From: Epiperipatus broadwayi
Taxonomy: Eukaryota > Animalia > Onychophora
Assembly (NCBI GenBank): GCA_028023455.1
Contig: JAQFVV010000003.1
Span: forward strand, 5,890,001-5,954,000
Direction of reading: 5' to 3'
DNA length: 64,000 nt
The notes under the pieces are model-generated. The model was not told the DNA's origin and did not search any database. It saw only the letters and a list, made by a program, of their open reading frames with translations. Below, piece by piece: positions 36,404 to 50,822 of this stretch. A program made the position numbers and the translations under genes. Every line of letters begins with the position of its first letter. Positions within the stretch are counted from its first letter, which is position 1.

Positions 36404-39400
36404 GCTAAGCATTTATGTATTATTTATTTGTTAATATTATATAAAATATTATTCTCTCTGTCAGTAACAACAGCCATGTTGTTTTATTATTATTATTTCT
36501 CCTTTTTTGAAAACTACTAAACATCCCTTTAGATTTTTTGACATTTATCTTTAGTTTTATTTGCTTGATTTTGAATTATTTGCAAAACAAACAACATATA
36601 AAAAATCTAGATGCCTTAAATTATAATCCATCTATTTTTTTTCTTGGTTTCCTACTTTAATCCATAAAATATTTCCCACAAAACTGCTGTGAAAATTTTA
36701 AGGATAAGAATCACTCTTTTATATACTTTAAACAAAATTAATCATTTAATTTTGCCTTGTAATCTAGTTACTAATGTTGTTGCATTTTTGATAAATATTC
36801 TTCAGAATTTAATAATATCTTGGATTCCTGTCTTGATCTTTCAAAATGTTAATCATCATGGATCATTTACACAATCAAATTAAAAGTTATATATATTCTA
36901 TAAAAATATTAATATTGATGGAAACATAATGGATAAAAATAATTATAAAATTATGAATTTGAAAAAATATTTTTGATATACATAAGTTAATGTTGACAAA
37001 AGATATATATATATATACATATATATTCTAATCTGGAAAATGTATACCAGAGGAGTATATAATCTACATGTCAAACTCCAAATTCTAATCCTGAGGATCA
37101 ACCAATTCTACATGATATGCTCCAGCATTCTGATGATTACTATCTTCTTTGGATAATCTCAGTGGGTTATGTGTTATAATTATATTTACTACCAAGACAT
37201 GCATTAAAATAAAAAGGAACTAAAATAATGACAAAATGCATATTACCATAATAGACAAACAAATTAAGAGGAGAGTCCTCACTCATTCTTAAACATAATT
37301 TTTAAATTAACCAAACTTTCCATATTAAAATGTAACCCAAGTAGGACAGGTACTTTGCATATCATATAGAATATTAAAAGAAATTTCTTCTATTATATCC
37401 TCTTTAGATGAAAACAAATGATAATCATCAAATAAAGATTACTGTCATGATTTGATCTAAAATAATTATTATAAATTAAGAGTTAATGCACTTTTCTTAT
37501 ACTGCAATGAACTATAACTAATTTATTAATGCCACACTATTGATATTTGCAACAATAAAAATAATTTGGATAATCATAAAATAATCATGTGATAATCCCA
37601 GGATTCTTCATCTAATAATTTTAAGTATTAATTGTCATACCATGTTGTTGAATAAATGAATAACATCCTAGTAGACTAAAGGAGAAATACACTTATGTCT
37701 CTTATAAGTTAATGAATTCCCAACATTCTATAATAGTAATAATAATTAATCAAAGAAATATTTAATTTAATTAACAAATGCATAAAACAATATAATTTGG
37801 AAAAATCAAAGTTTTTGACCCAGGATGCCATTCGAGTGTCTAGAAAAAAATTGGTACCTTTTATGTCATTCTAATACTCATCAAAATCAATTTTTGAAAT
37901 AATATAATTTTAATTTATAGAATAATTAAATAATATGCAGTGTTAAATGAAAAATTAATTCAAAGTAAATCAAATAAATATTCTTATTTTAAATGCAACT
38001 CCATCCTTTGGAATTGTGATTCTTATGCAACTTTGCATTTTTAAGTTTGGATCTGTATCTTATTTGAATTGTTTATCTGATTTAAACCAAGATTTCTGTA
38101 ACATAATTAATAATTCAGGACTAAAAAAATCATATATAGAAAGAAAGACTAAATTTTAATAATAATAAAACACATTTATTGACAGTTAACATCAATTTTA
38201 CTTTTCACAAAATTTAAAAATAAATATTTTACAAACAAGAAATGTTATCTACAAACATAGGTACTGTTTTGTACAAGATGCATAAATAATGACAAAATAA
38301 TCATCTACCCACTTGCAAAATCAATCAATTATTTACAAACATTTGGGTAGTTTTGTTAATTCAAACTTATTAATTTTTGGCTAAACATTTAATCTGACTA
38401 TACACTATTTTATTTTATGATACAATTATTTTAAAGCAAGTACAAATTACTATCCTGATGACTTATTTTTAAACATATTTTTTATGCTATTCTATTGTTA
38501 TAAATAATCATTTACTAAAGATTTTAAAATAAATAATTTACAACAATATTTAAAATATACTTTCATTTCCAGTTGGCTACTATTGATTAGCATATTGACT
38601 AATACTATTCTATTTATAGCATTAAAAATAAAATTACGAAACTTAATCCTTAACTGATATAAGGCCAAACATTTCAGCAGATTGTTATGATAATATTAAT
38701 TATCATACAAAACATAAATAATAAAATTACTGTCTAGCATTTTGTTAATTTAATAACAATAAAATGAAAAAACTTTTCAGAATCCACATACACAAAAGAC
38801 TAGATTTTTCCCATGCCCACATAAATTATTTAAACTTTTAATTGTCTTACCAATCCCTCAGTGAACTACTTCTGGATGATGATTATAATAGTAATAAATA
38901 TTACATAAGTGCATCTCTTATTATGCTACTCTTACATATTAACATTAAATTACTAACATTTTTGTTGGTTTTCTTGTAAACTGCTGGCAAGGCAAATAGT
39001 ACAATACATACATTACATTACTTTACTAAACACTATGAATAGAAAAGTGTCCCTGAAGTGACTATACACGTCAAACTCTAACTTATCAATTGCCATAACA
39101 ATTTAAACACATACATTAACTTCACTTCAAATGATGGAATATAAACTTGATATCTTCATGAGGAAAAGTATTCTCAAAGCCATGACTACACAAATGGGAA
39201 ATAAGCAATGGCATATTCCAATACCTCTTCTCAGGTAAATATATGTGTGGACAAGGTCCTAACACATGGAAAATGGAGTATAAACTAAAGAAAAATCCTA
39301 TCTAAAGATCTAGATATTCTAGCTAAGCAAAAAAGACAATAAATATCAAAATATAATCCTCTCATGAAAAAAAAATACCAAACATTGGGAAGAGCAATGC

Positions 39401-42400
39401 TCAAATCATTCAATAAACAATATAATGAGAACACAACATTCAAAAGTCACATGCATCCCACAATTATAACAGGATTAGCATATATCCTTAGCATAAAAAT
39501 GGCAAGATAAAAAATTTCCCCTGAAAACTAGAAAAATAAATTTATATCTCTAAAATACATACACTAAATAATTTACAAAACCAACAAATAAATACAAATC
39601 AAATGACTTTTAAAATACTTTAAATAGCATAATAAAATTTCACAAATAATAAGATATACACACATCTGGATGATAGCAGCATAAAAATTTAAAACTGAAG
39701 TGAACATAAATAGCAAATGTAAAATTACTAAATATAATAATGATAAATACCTTATCATATTAATAACCTCATAATAAAATTATTATACTATAATAATTGA
39801 AAATTTTTATGAGCTTCTGATAAATCAGATATTGGCAGTTTACCCATAAATGAATAAATTGCATATTAGTAAAATACTACAAGCAATGTAAAGAAATAGA
39901 TATCTTTACCTGGACATGTATATCATATATACTTCAAGCCAACAGTAATAAAAAATGTATAAATGTTATCTTAATTGACATAATAATAAAATGCATAAAT
40001 TTTCACATATCATTAAAAAAAAACTTTTGTATAACATTAAAAAAAAAAAATTTAAAAATAATAAAATTATTATTTTTCTAAACACCCATAGTTCTTTATT
40101 GGATATAAATTTTTTCTTGACATTTATTTTATATATTGTGCCATCTGAAATTTGGTATAGTTTTAGTATGTGGTGAAATGTCAAATATATTTTTATTTTT
40201 AATTTTAATAGATAATATATTAGCCTAAGAGCATTGAAATAGGTTGTTATGACAATGAAATATTTAAATAAGAAATGTATTATTATTGCAACATAAAAAT
40301 ATAGATTATTTTTATTAATTTAAAATGCATATGTAAATAATAAAATTTATGACTTCGATAAAATTATTATTGTTTCTTTATTAAATGCATTTCATTTATT
40401 GCATTTACAAGTAGTAGATTATAAACAATACACATAAATATTTAATATCTTAGGTGTGTCTGTTTTTATGTTTGTTATAAGTAATAATTATAACATATTT
40501 TTCTCTTATTATTATTGTAAAAGATTTTAAGCATGGAACACAGGGTGATTTCTGGATCTTAGTTTTGATCATGCCAATTATAAGAGGTTATAAATAACTG
40601 AATGATTCAAATTTGCTCTCTGACATTCTGACTTTCATAGAAGCAAACCTATGTCCTTTTATATAATTTTTTTATATTTATTTTAAAAGTAGTTGCTTAA
40701 TACCCACAAAAATGATGGAAGAGAAAGAATTATATTTGTCCAGGAAACTGGACAGGATTGCCAACAACTTATTAAAAGAAAAAGAAAGTAATTTATAGCC
40801 TTCAAATTCAGCTTGATGTATCCCTACTGAAAATGATTATTGCATGTAAACAAAATGTTTTAATAATGAAATAAAGGAGCTAACACCATACTTCTGTATA
40901 TAAAAATTATTTTAATCTAAAGATATAATTTATAATATTGATGGGCTATTTGGACATGGGATTTAAAGTAAATTATTTTACATCATATAATAGAGTTCAG
41001 TGTCTGATAAAAATTTATTGCTTTGAGTATATTGATATATAACAAACATGCATCATTTTGAATAACTGTTTACAATACTTTTACTTCAATTGAATTAGTG
41101 AATATCATTAAATTATTTCTTATGGAATAGACATTGGAACTATTGTGTTACTTCGAAGTGCCATACAGAAGAATGGAGATCGATCATATGTTAACATGTA
41201 TTTCATTTATGTATATATTTGTATAATATTTATAAATATTGTTGATTACTATATGTTAAGTTAATTGTTTGTTTTATATGTGAAATAAAAGAGAATTAAA
41301 AAAATTAGTTTAAATTTAAATTTTACATTCTAAATTTTAATGATTAAAACTGTAATTTGAAATATTATATGTTTACACGATAACTGCAAATTACCTTTTT
41401 ATACAAGTTCCTAAGTGTTGAAAATCTGAAAGAATTGTATTGTAACAATTACTCATTGATGTTTTATTTGAAAAATAAGGTGAATGAATAAACAAACTTA
41501 TGACTTTATATTTTATCTTAATCAATTACTTTGTTACAAAGCTCATAGAAGTATCATTAACTCTCTTGTATTTTAAATAGTGTACATGTACAGCAACATT
41601 TTTATTTCACATAAATTTTATATCATATATTAAGCATTATATAAATGAATTTTCACTGTATAAACACCTACCTTGTTAATATTCATTTAAACAAAGAATA
41701 CATTTTATGATATTAAATTAGACTGTATGTCACAAATGTTTATTGTTTATCTGTCATTATTTTTTTTTTATAGTTAATAAATTTTAAGTTAATTTAAATA
41801 AATAAACTTAGTTGTCATTCAATTAATAATGCAAACCTATTAGCTACTAAAATTTTGATAGACAGTTGTCATGTATTGACTTATGTCATATAATTTATAA
41901 TAAATAATCATAAAATAATCTAGGAAATAAATGATTGGTTTGGTAAGTGTATGTATTATTATGTAGTATTTTTTTATAGTAAATCCAGTATATTATCATT
42001 TGAATTAGATATACATTTTATATAATAATAAATAAATTAATTTGGTATTTCTAGATGTTTACTAATTAATTAGAAGATCACTATAATTATTTTAACAGTT
42101 ATAAGCAATAGTTATTTTTGAATAAAAATTTATATATGGGTTAGTTCGATAATTTATAAATTATAAATATATTAATTATTTAGGGTAAACAAAAGCAATT
42201 ATTATTGAATGCTTGCATTTTCCTTTACACTATTATTTATTTAGATGCATGTTATAGTAACTTATTATTTAGATAGAAAATGATAATCTTATATTATACC
42301 TTGAAATTGGTATTTGAATCACCTTAAATAAAATGATTTACTTTATTTAGATTTAAAGCTCATTGGTGCAGATTGTATATTTAATTTAAATATTAAATTC

Positions 42401-42632
42401 TTATTATTACCATTTGCTTATAATTGAGTATTAATAATACTATGTATATTAGGGTAATTATAATTTAGATTTTAATAACCTGACTTTTATTGATTTGAAG
42501 GATAACTCATTGTGATTTGCTAATTGTATTGAAGTGTCAAATAAGAATCTTTTATTTATTTTGTCATTATGATTGGATATTGTAAATTCACATGATCCAC
42601 CATTCTTTATGTTTACACAAACTGTTTACACA

Positions 42633-42743
42633 GAGGTAAACCTCTCCATATAGTAGTGCCACTCAAGGCAAGCCAGAGAAATCCTGCATCCTTGATTACT
42701 CTGGCTTGCACTGGTGGTGCTACTGTAGAGAGAGATTTGCTTC
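42633..42743. repeat. 111-nt imperfect hairpin made from two inverted 5' ends of the 10042/50688 repeat
   Basis: gaggtaaacctctccatatagtagtgcc...gcaagccagagaaatc / gattactctggcttgc...gctactgtagagagagatttgcttc with a 10-nt loop. Confidence 0.75.
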
Positions 42744-43234
42744 TGTGATATTGTAAATTGTAGGGTTATTTTAAGTACTGACTTTCCTTTTACATAATTA
42801 TAAGTTGTTTTAAGTCATGAAATATGTTAGATGAATTGCCCTTGTGTATTGCATTTTATTATAGATTTGTAATGTGGGTACTTTATTCTATCACAATTTT
42901 ATGTTATAAATTTATAAAGTTTTAAAAGAGAGAATTTTATATATATATATTTTTTTTATAGTTTAATGTGCATAACCCTGCAGTATTACAAATCCTCTTA
43001 CCACCATTAAGTATTTTTATCTTATTACAATTGGTTTACCCAACAAAGGCATATTAATAATTTATGAGGTAATCTTGCTATGTTATTTTCATTTTATTCC
43101 ATTACAATTGGCGATCAACAAATGGCTTATATTTTTATTCTGTTACAATTGGTGTCTCAAATTCACAGGATATATTAAAGTCTTCATTTCCTATCCTTAT
43201 CATTTTCATTTTATTACAATATATATATATATAC

Positions 43235-43835
43235 TGTGGACGGAAATTAATCTTCACATATATGCTGTTAAATTAAATTTATGTGCACTCACCTGTCAAT
43301 AAGAGTTTTAAAAGTATAAGTGTAACACTTATGCTTAGAACTTATTTTTATATAAGCCAATCCTTATTGACCATGCTTAAATCAGAACTTGGACTTATTA
43401 TAAGCCTAGTATAATTGACAAATTATTTGTACAAATTTAGTTTATATATCACAGGGAAGAGAAGGTTTTTCATTTTTAAGTACCTGCAATTTTTGAATTA
43501 TATTAGTATATGTGTGAAGATTAATTTCCTCTACAAGATTACAGTTATATACATCTGCTAAATTACTTATCTATATATATTTAAACTAATATAATTCAAA
43601 CTTGTGGGTACTTAAAATGAGAAACTTTCTCTTCCCTGTGATATGTAAACTAAATTTGTACAAATAATTTTGTCAATTAAAACATCAGGCTTATAATAAG
43701 TTCAAGTTCTGAATTAAGCATGGTCAATAAGAGTTAGTTTATATAAAAATAGCACATGTGAAGATTAATTTCCTTCCACAAGATTACAGTTATATACATC
43801 ACTAAATTATTTATTTACATATATAAATATACACA
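43235..43835. repeat. Composite inverted plus tandem duplication (A'-x-B'-A-B-A)
   Basis: B arms 43343-43507 and 43585-43751 are reverse complements; the spacer 43508-43584 is directly repeated at about 43752-43835 and its start is inverted at 43235-43265. Confidence 0.85.
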
Positions 43836-45479
43836 TATACACACAAACCAAACAAATAATGTGCACCATTTTTTCTTTATTTTCTTTGTAAAATTGTCAT
43901 ACTACCTATTCTTAAATAACTACCTGATTTAAACTTAGGTCTACTTAATCTATACTAAATATCATGATTGCTCACCTTCTTTATTTTATCAGAGATAATA
44001 ATAGCAGATTACATTTTGTATACAATATATATATATATATATATGTGTGTGTGTCCACATCCATATTAAATAGATCAAAATAAATAAATAAAAAAGTATA
44101 AAAAGTTGAAATGGATATATGAAGTTATAAAAATAAAAACTTAAAATTACTACATGAAACAATTGTATTTTACAATTCTGAATAAGGCTGCTACATAGAT
44201 GAAAGTTCCAGAGATGTCTTCAATAATAATTTATTGTTTTATAACTTTTTAACTCAGTTTTAGATCATAAAATATAAAATTATAATACATTAAATCTTTC
44301 CTCACCAATGGCAGGGAAACTTCCCAACCAGATTATTTTAAAATTCCCAGCTAAAAATAGTTAGAAATCCATTTGTTAATCAATATTAAATGAGTAGATA
44401 AATAGGTTATGTAAACCATGCTCAAAATAATTTGAAGCTTGGTTAATAATTCTCGGCTATCAAAAAAAAGTTTTTAATATCCATTGTTTCATATCAACCC
44501 ATTAATCACTATATATGTTATTAACTTTTTGTAAATACCTTCCATGCCTTCTGGTGTTTAGAACATGAGTAGAGTGGAGATTCCAAAATTAAGGACTTAT
44601 GGATCAATTCTCAGTTGAGCAAAGGAAGAATTCTTGATTTGTTTAATTGTTGCAGTCAATCTACCAATTTATGTGCTCAAACATTAGATGATCTTCCAAT
44701 CAATTAACCATACAATTCTTTTTTCCTAAGCAATGAATACAATGGTAGATAAACTCAAACTCTAAAATTCATGGATAAATTTTCAGTTGAATAAAATAAA
44801 AAAGAATTTTATTTAATTAAATGAATGGATCGGTTGGTTGAGTTCAAACATCGCATAACCTTCAGAGCAACTAACAATATGACTTTTTTTATAATAATAA
44901 CCATGGCAAAAGTAAACATCACTTCCTGTCTTAATTATATGACTTTTGATACAATGTAACTATGTATATGACATTCATCTCATTAGTAATAAAGGTTACA
45001 TTATATTATAACAAATAAATAAGTGAATGGTCTTAATGCTCGGAAGTTTGTAAAAAATTCAAGCACAGTAAATACCAGAACTGAAATCAATTTGTGTGTG
45101 GTATGCTCTAGAATGTGTCTCTCTACCACTGCATTAAACCACACAGGGTACCATAAATAACATTTGCTTATGATGGAATATTTACTTTCAGTTCAAGTAT
45201 AGCAGATATTTATTTACTAAACAATATAGAAAAGTGTCATTGGATTGGTTAACGACTAAAAAAAATCCTAAGTTTTTCTTGTTTTGGAAATTTTCAACAT
45301 GGCAGTTGAAAGTATTAAACCATTATCCCATAAAATCTTGCTATGGAGTTATATGAATAATAAGTAGATTGAAAAAGACAGATATCTAAATAAATTTATA
45401 GATAATGTATCTAAAATAACATTTCCTTTATTAAATATTCTTATGTTATTTATAATTAGCTATTTAGCATATGAAAATA

Positions 45480-46400
45480 GAAATAGTGGTAGCGAGTGAG
45501 CTATATGTGACGTTTGAGCTGGATAATTTATAGATTGAAGCACTACTCAAATTCATTCTGATATCGCAAAAGTAATTATGTACTAATTTAGTATGCATTT
45601 GCTAACAAACTACTTTCCACTTAACGTTTATAAGAATTATAATTTAACCCGTTTTGGAAAATTGGTTTAATAATACAAGAAGTTATTTGAAAATAATCGA
45701 CTTGCAGACGGCCAATTCCCAATTATCTAGCAATTATCGACAAACAGTTTTAATATTTTATACGCTGTCAAAACTTGAAGTTAAAACAAAACATAAAACT
45801 GTCATATCCCTGTCAGCTGAACTCATTTAAATAATCACTCAATCCAAACTGAAGTTTAGAGAGAAAGTCCTAGTTAATTCAACATGAAATATATAAATGG
45901 CTTTTTTAATTAGCGACTCTAATGTTTTCTTTTTTTTTATAAACTGAGATTAGTTAATGATTTTTAACAAATTCTTAAAAGAATCCACAAAATATCAAAT
46001 TTAATCACGCATGAACAATCAAACTTTATTTCTTCATTAAAAATACATTTTAATTGAGAACTGAAATCAGAAGTGTTTTTATGCTTTTATTATTAGAAAA
46101 TATTATTCATACTGATTTTAATCCTTTACAGATGCGAGACGATTAATTAATATTTCTTATCTAAGCATTACATATAATCACACAAGGCAAACCAAAAGTA
46201 TTTAACTTTTTTTTTTTTAAAAAAAAAGCAATCTAAATATAATAGAAACATAATATCACTCAAAAAGTTTTTTTTTTTTTAAAAAAATCACTATACGTTT
46301 ACTTCGATAATTCAGTGATATAGTTCTCATTAAAGTTTAACGTGTAGTGTTAACATTGAGGTGTTAAAACAAATTGTGTCAAGGAAACACATTATTTTCG
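45480..46400. promoter_or_regulatory. CpG-retaining, promoter-like region
   Basis: Cluster of CpGs in a CpG-poor background; strong plus-strand acceptors downstream (about 46130, 46846, 47692) without a recognisable protein. Confidence 0.3.
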
Positions 46401-49079
46401 ATGATGGTCTAGAACTTAACATACAAATCTCCTTCAAAGTGGGATTCCTTTGTCAAACTGAGCATATCGAGAAAATATGTAATCAATATTTAGTTCTACA
46501 TCTTTTATTCAGATAATAAAGTGATGCAGTTACCATGAATCTTAAGTCATCTTTGGACTTGCTAGTAAAAGAGATGTACTATTCATGAAACTAAAATTAG
46601 CAGGAATAAAAGTTATAAAAGCATAGAACAATTAAAGAACAATATTTACTGAATATTATAAAGTCCTCAAAAGAAGTTCCCAACAGCTGTATTGTAGATT
46701 TGATAAATAAAGCAGATATTTCTAATAATGCAGGATGCTATAAAATTTATGTAAGGATATGATTAGCAAGGGCAAACTACCAATGATGAAAAGTATCATT
46801 GCTTAGTTCTGGAACTATCTTACATGATTTCTCATCCTGTTTTCAGGTGAAAAACTTAATATAGTTCCATAATATTTTAGTTAATAAAAATAACAAAGTA
46901 ACATAACAAAGAAGCAACAAATTCAGTTTGTCTATATTTGTAACTTTTTAAAAATATCCTTTAGTATTTACATGTAGTTGCATAATAGATGCACTATTAT
47001 TAATAACAAATCAAATTCTGAAAGTGAATTGTACACTTATAAGGAATATAGCAAAGACTTACATAAACATTACATAAACAGAAAGGGATATATATTTTAA
47101 TATAAAGAATATATAATCTAAAATGCTTTTGATGATAATGATATACCACTGTTGGAAATAAATTTACATGCTCGTAATTTCAACATAATTTTCTTTTTCT
47201 TACCCACTATCATTCCATAAGAACTAATTAGTAAAAAGATTAATTTATTAATCCATTGTACACAATCCAAGATCAAATCTAGAGTGGGATGAACTGAATA
47301 AACAAGGAATAAAATGAGTTACTTTTAATAAAATAGAAATGCTACTACATATTACATTTTGCAGAATTTAAAATTTTATATTTCCAAATGATAGTTATAA
47401 GATAAATTACTGGAAAACAATAAATCATACTCAAATTAATGGTATTTCATATCTGAATCATTAAAATAATAAAAACTCACGTACAACCTTCCAAAGAAAA
47501 TTATTTGAAAATAGTAAGATGTTTGCAAAAATGTTGTAATTGAAAAAATTTTGAACCATTAAAGAATTAAGTTCTATTATGTAGAAATGATATTTGAAAA
47601 ACTATCTATGGTCAGTTAGACATAACTTTTGCAGTAAAAGTAAAAGGCTAATATATTACCTTTATGTTTTTTATCTTTACAGTCAATATATCAACATCTG
47701 ACCAATTAGATTAACTGAAACTTCCTTTCTTTAAACTTATCACCATCCAGGATGAATAAATGATTTGATTAAGAGTTTATTTCTGAAAAAAAAAAAACCT
47801 CAAACTTATCTGGGATTAAGAAGTAGATACATAGAAGATTAATATATTAATAATTACTTGCTGTGATTATTGATAAATAAAAGTTAAAAGTCTTAAAAAT
47901 TTAATTGCCAAAATGCATGCACATTCTGAGTGAAATTAAACACATTATATACAAAGTTAATCAATAGCCAAAAGGTGAATTTTTTTCCCATCTGAAAACA
48001 TTCTAGGCTTATTACAAAATTTTTAGTTTTATAAAAAAAAAAAAAGACCAAATCTGTCAGAATTCAAACTTAATCCAAACTCATGTAATGAGTAAAATCA
48101 TTATCGTAGAAAGTCTTTGATTACTGATAAACCATTAATTTTAAAAAAAACTTCAATTTTTAATAGAGTATAATATATTTCATTTGAAATTGCCTTAAGT
48201 AGAACGGTGCTTCATTAAAAAATAAAACTAGCCCGATAACACACATACAGGCACACATAGACCCATAAGTATCACTAATGATATGACATTTCGTTACTTT
48301 CTAAATAAATCTTTTTAAAACGTATTATTTGGGTTGTGTTAATTAAATTTGCAAAGGATTAACAAAAACGTCATCTCAACTCAAAGTAAGACTAAATAGT
48401 ATCCATTAACTGGATCCCATTTGTTAGCAGATAATCTTGTTAACCTTCTTTTAGAATGGACTGAAAGCTGATACTATTAAGAAGTCAAAACAAATTACTC
48501 AAACAAAATTAAAACACTTTTCAGCTAACTTTTCAAAATTTTCTTTTTACTACTTTTATATATATATAATTGATTGATTTATCGCACAAAAATTCGTAAG
48601 AAATTCCAGCGCCAGAAGTGGCAGAAATGGCCTTGATCTATGAACTTTGAGCCCTAGAATCTGCCACTCTACTAGTATACCAAACCATATAGGACACTGA
48701 TGCTGATGATGATATCTTTAAAGACATGATATATTATATGTAAAAATAAATTTGGTGATATTATAATATCTAAATTATTTTTAAAAAGTTGTAGGAATGT
48801 GAGGTACAGAAGATTATCGTATAACCGTATATATACAGAAATTTTTTTAAGTATTCAAAAATATAATTATACCATCATAATTTTATTATTTTGCTCTGTT
48901 GGTTTAGTGAGATAGTAGAATAACTAACACTGGAGTGTAAGATTCTTGGATGATTCCATTTCTGCTACTTTTTGTGAACTCCTGACCAATAAAAAACATT
49001 TTATTATTTATTTATTTTTAATCAAAAGTGATATTAAACAGCACCATGATCATTTTTGTTTTGTTTTTCAGACTATTCA

Positions 49080-49330
49080 CTAGGAGAACAATAAAAAAGA
49101 ATCAAATGGCTTATTGCTCAAGATGTTCATAAGAAGTCTAAATATTGGAAATGACAAAATAAGTCATAATTCATGAACCTTGACTTTTAGAATCCTCCAC
49201 CAGTTTATCACAGAATTAAACTATACAATGCAGGGAAATAGTTTCAATAATCAAGCAGAATGCAATCATGGACTATGGTGGTCAACAATGAATGATGTTC
49301 ATATCTGCGATCATGATCTAATAATCAATA
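49080..49330 (+). mobile_element. Decayed RTE-like LINE 3' fragment
   Basis: Stop-riddled similarity to the RCLRxILxIxWxDKxxN and WxGHxxRM motifs of RTE C-termini. Confidence 0.3.
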
Positions 49331-49535
49331 GTGAAAAATGAAACTCTCTTCAAATTGATTTACTATATAAATAAATGACATATTTACTACAATCCTTGAA
49401 TTGAGTAAATGATTCAAAACCAAGAACATGATAAATGCTCCTTCAGTGATGAAGATTACATTATATAATCATATTTTACAGCAAGAACATTAACAAGACC
49501 ACCTTATTAATTAAAATTAACCTGGTATCTTTAAA

Positions 49536-49569
<34 letters not shown>

Positions 49570-50687
49570 CATATGAGTATTAGTTCAAGAATTCAAGTGA
49601 TGCTTGAGCACCAGAATGAGCATGACAGTTTCTTTCAGTCGAACAAACTGGAATTTGTTTGTTTTCCTCAACTGGAAATCAATCCAAATAACTTTAGTCC
49701 TTAAATCAATCTTGCTCACCAAGAATATAAACAATACAATGCATTATTTTTATAATAAAAAAATCTCAATACACATGTGACATACTTAGAATAATTTTAG
49801 ACTTTTATTCTCTATCTAATAGTAATTAGTTATCTATTCTCCAACATTGAATGGCTAGCTAGGATTGTTTATTAATGTTGAGTCTTTTAAATCAAAAAAA
49901 GGGACTTGCAATCAATAAATATTGAACATCACTACTATCAAAATGAAATCATCAATAAATTCTGGCATAGTAACCTAATTGTAACAAAAACTTTTTGATT
50001 ATAATGTTAATAATATCACTTACTTTAGACTATTTTCTATAGTAAAACAATTATTGGTGGACTTTATGAGGAATATTATAAACAGTATATACATCTAATA
50101 AGAAAAAATAATATATAGATATCTTTTACTAATGGTAAAAGCTAAATCATTATTCATTTCCTTAATAGTTGTTTTATTAATCCAGATAATCCAAAGACCT
50201 TGATCTATCAGATAAAAATAACTACATATTAATTTATTAACCAAAAAAGTGTACAATTTTTTTTTTTTGGAAAATCTCTGAGATCTAAAAACATTTTTAA
50301 AACATTATTTATACTAACACATAAACCTGTCTTTTACCATGTGCATAAACAAACAAATATATAAATATGTATGAAAATCACTGTACTATCACTTTTGGAC
50401 ACATAAACCATCTTAACCACTATTGGTCACAAATATAACTGGCATACTGGCTCAATCATAAACTATGATTCCTGTTCATCATATGGATATGTTATAATCC
50501 ATGATATCCAAGATGACTAAAGTATTTATTAATTCTGGTCAGCTATAAAAATCCAGAATGGCACTACTAGTAACCTACTTTAAATTTATACCTTTTGAAG
50601 AGATTCATGAAACTCATTGGTAATGTAGCAATACTTATTTAATTTAATTAAATGCATACATAAATTGTGAATAAAACAAAACAGATG

Positions 50688-50822
50688 AAGGCCACAAGCC
50701 AGAAACTAGTCTGGGGATAGTAGATGAGTAGGCACTAGTTAGGGATTTTATGCACAAGCCTTCTGGCATCCATTGATTACTCTGGATTGAACTGAGTGGC
50801 AATACTGTATGGAGAGTTTTGC
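50688..50822 (-). repeat. Dispersed ~135-bp repeat family (copy 2)
   Basis: Reverse complement of 10042-10175. Confidence 0.7.

Larger units (their letters stand above)
34450..36420 (+). mobile_element. Decayed Penelope-like element (RT + GIY-YIG), interrupted by a solo LTR
   Basis: GWPMGLAISG and YCRYVDDVLIYA (ORF 34562-34795), WTMEIENNCSIKYLDV (about 34850), GCGVVYIGKT (36048), KIKESYVIK (about 36250), HHR-like remnant at the 3' end. Confidence 0.85.

Noticed and set aside
39130-39240. MMEYKLDIFMRKSILK... ORF ending at a strong CAG|GTAAAT donor
   Set aside because: Resembles a decayed RTE C-terminal motif; no partner exons.
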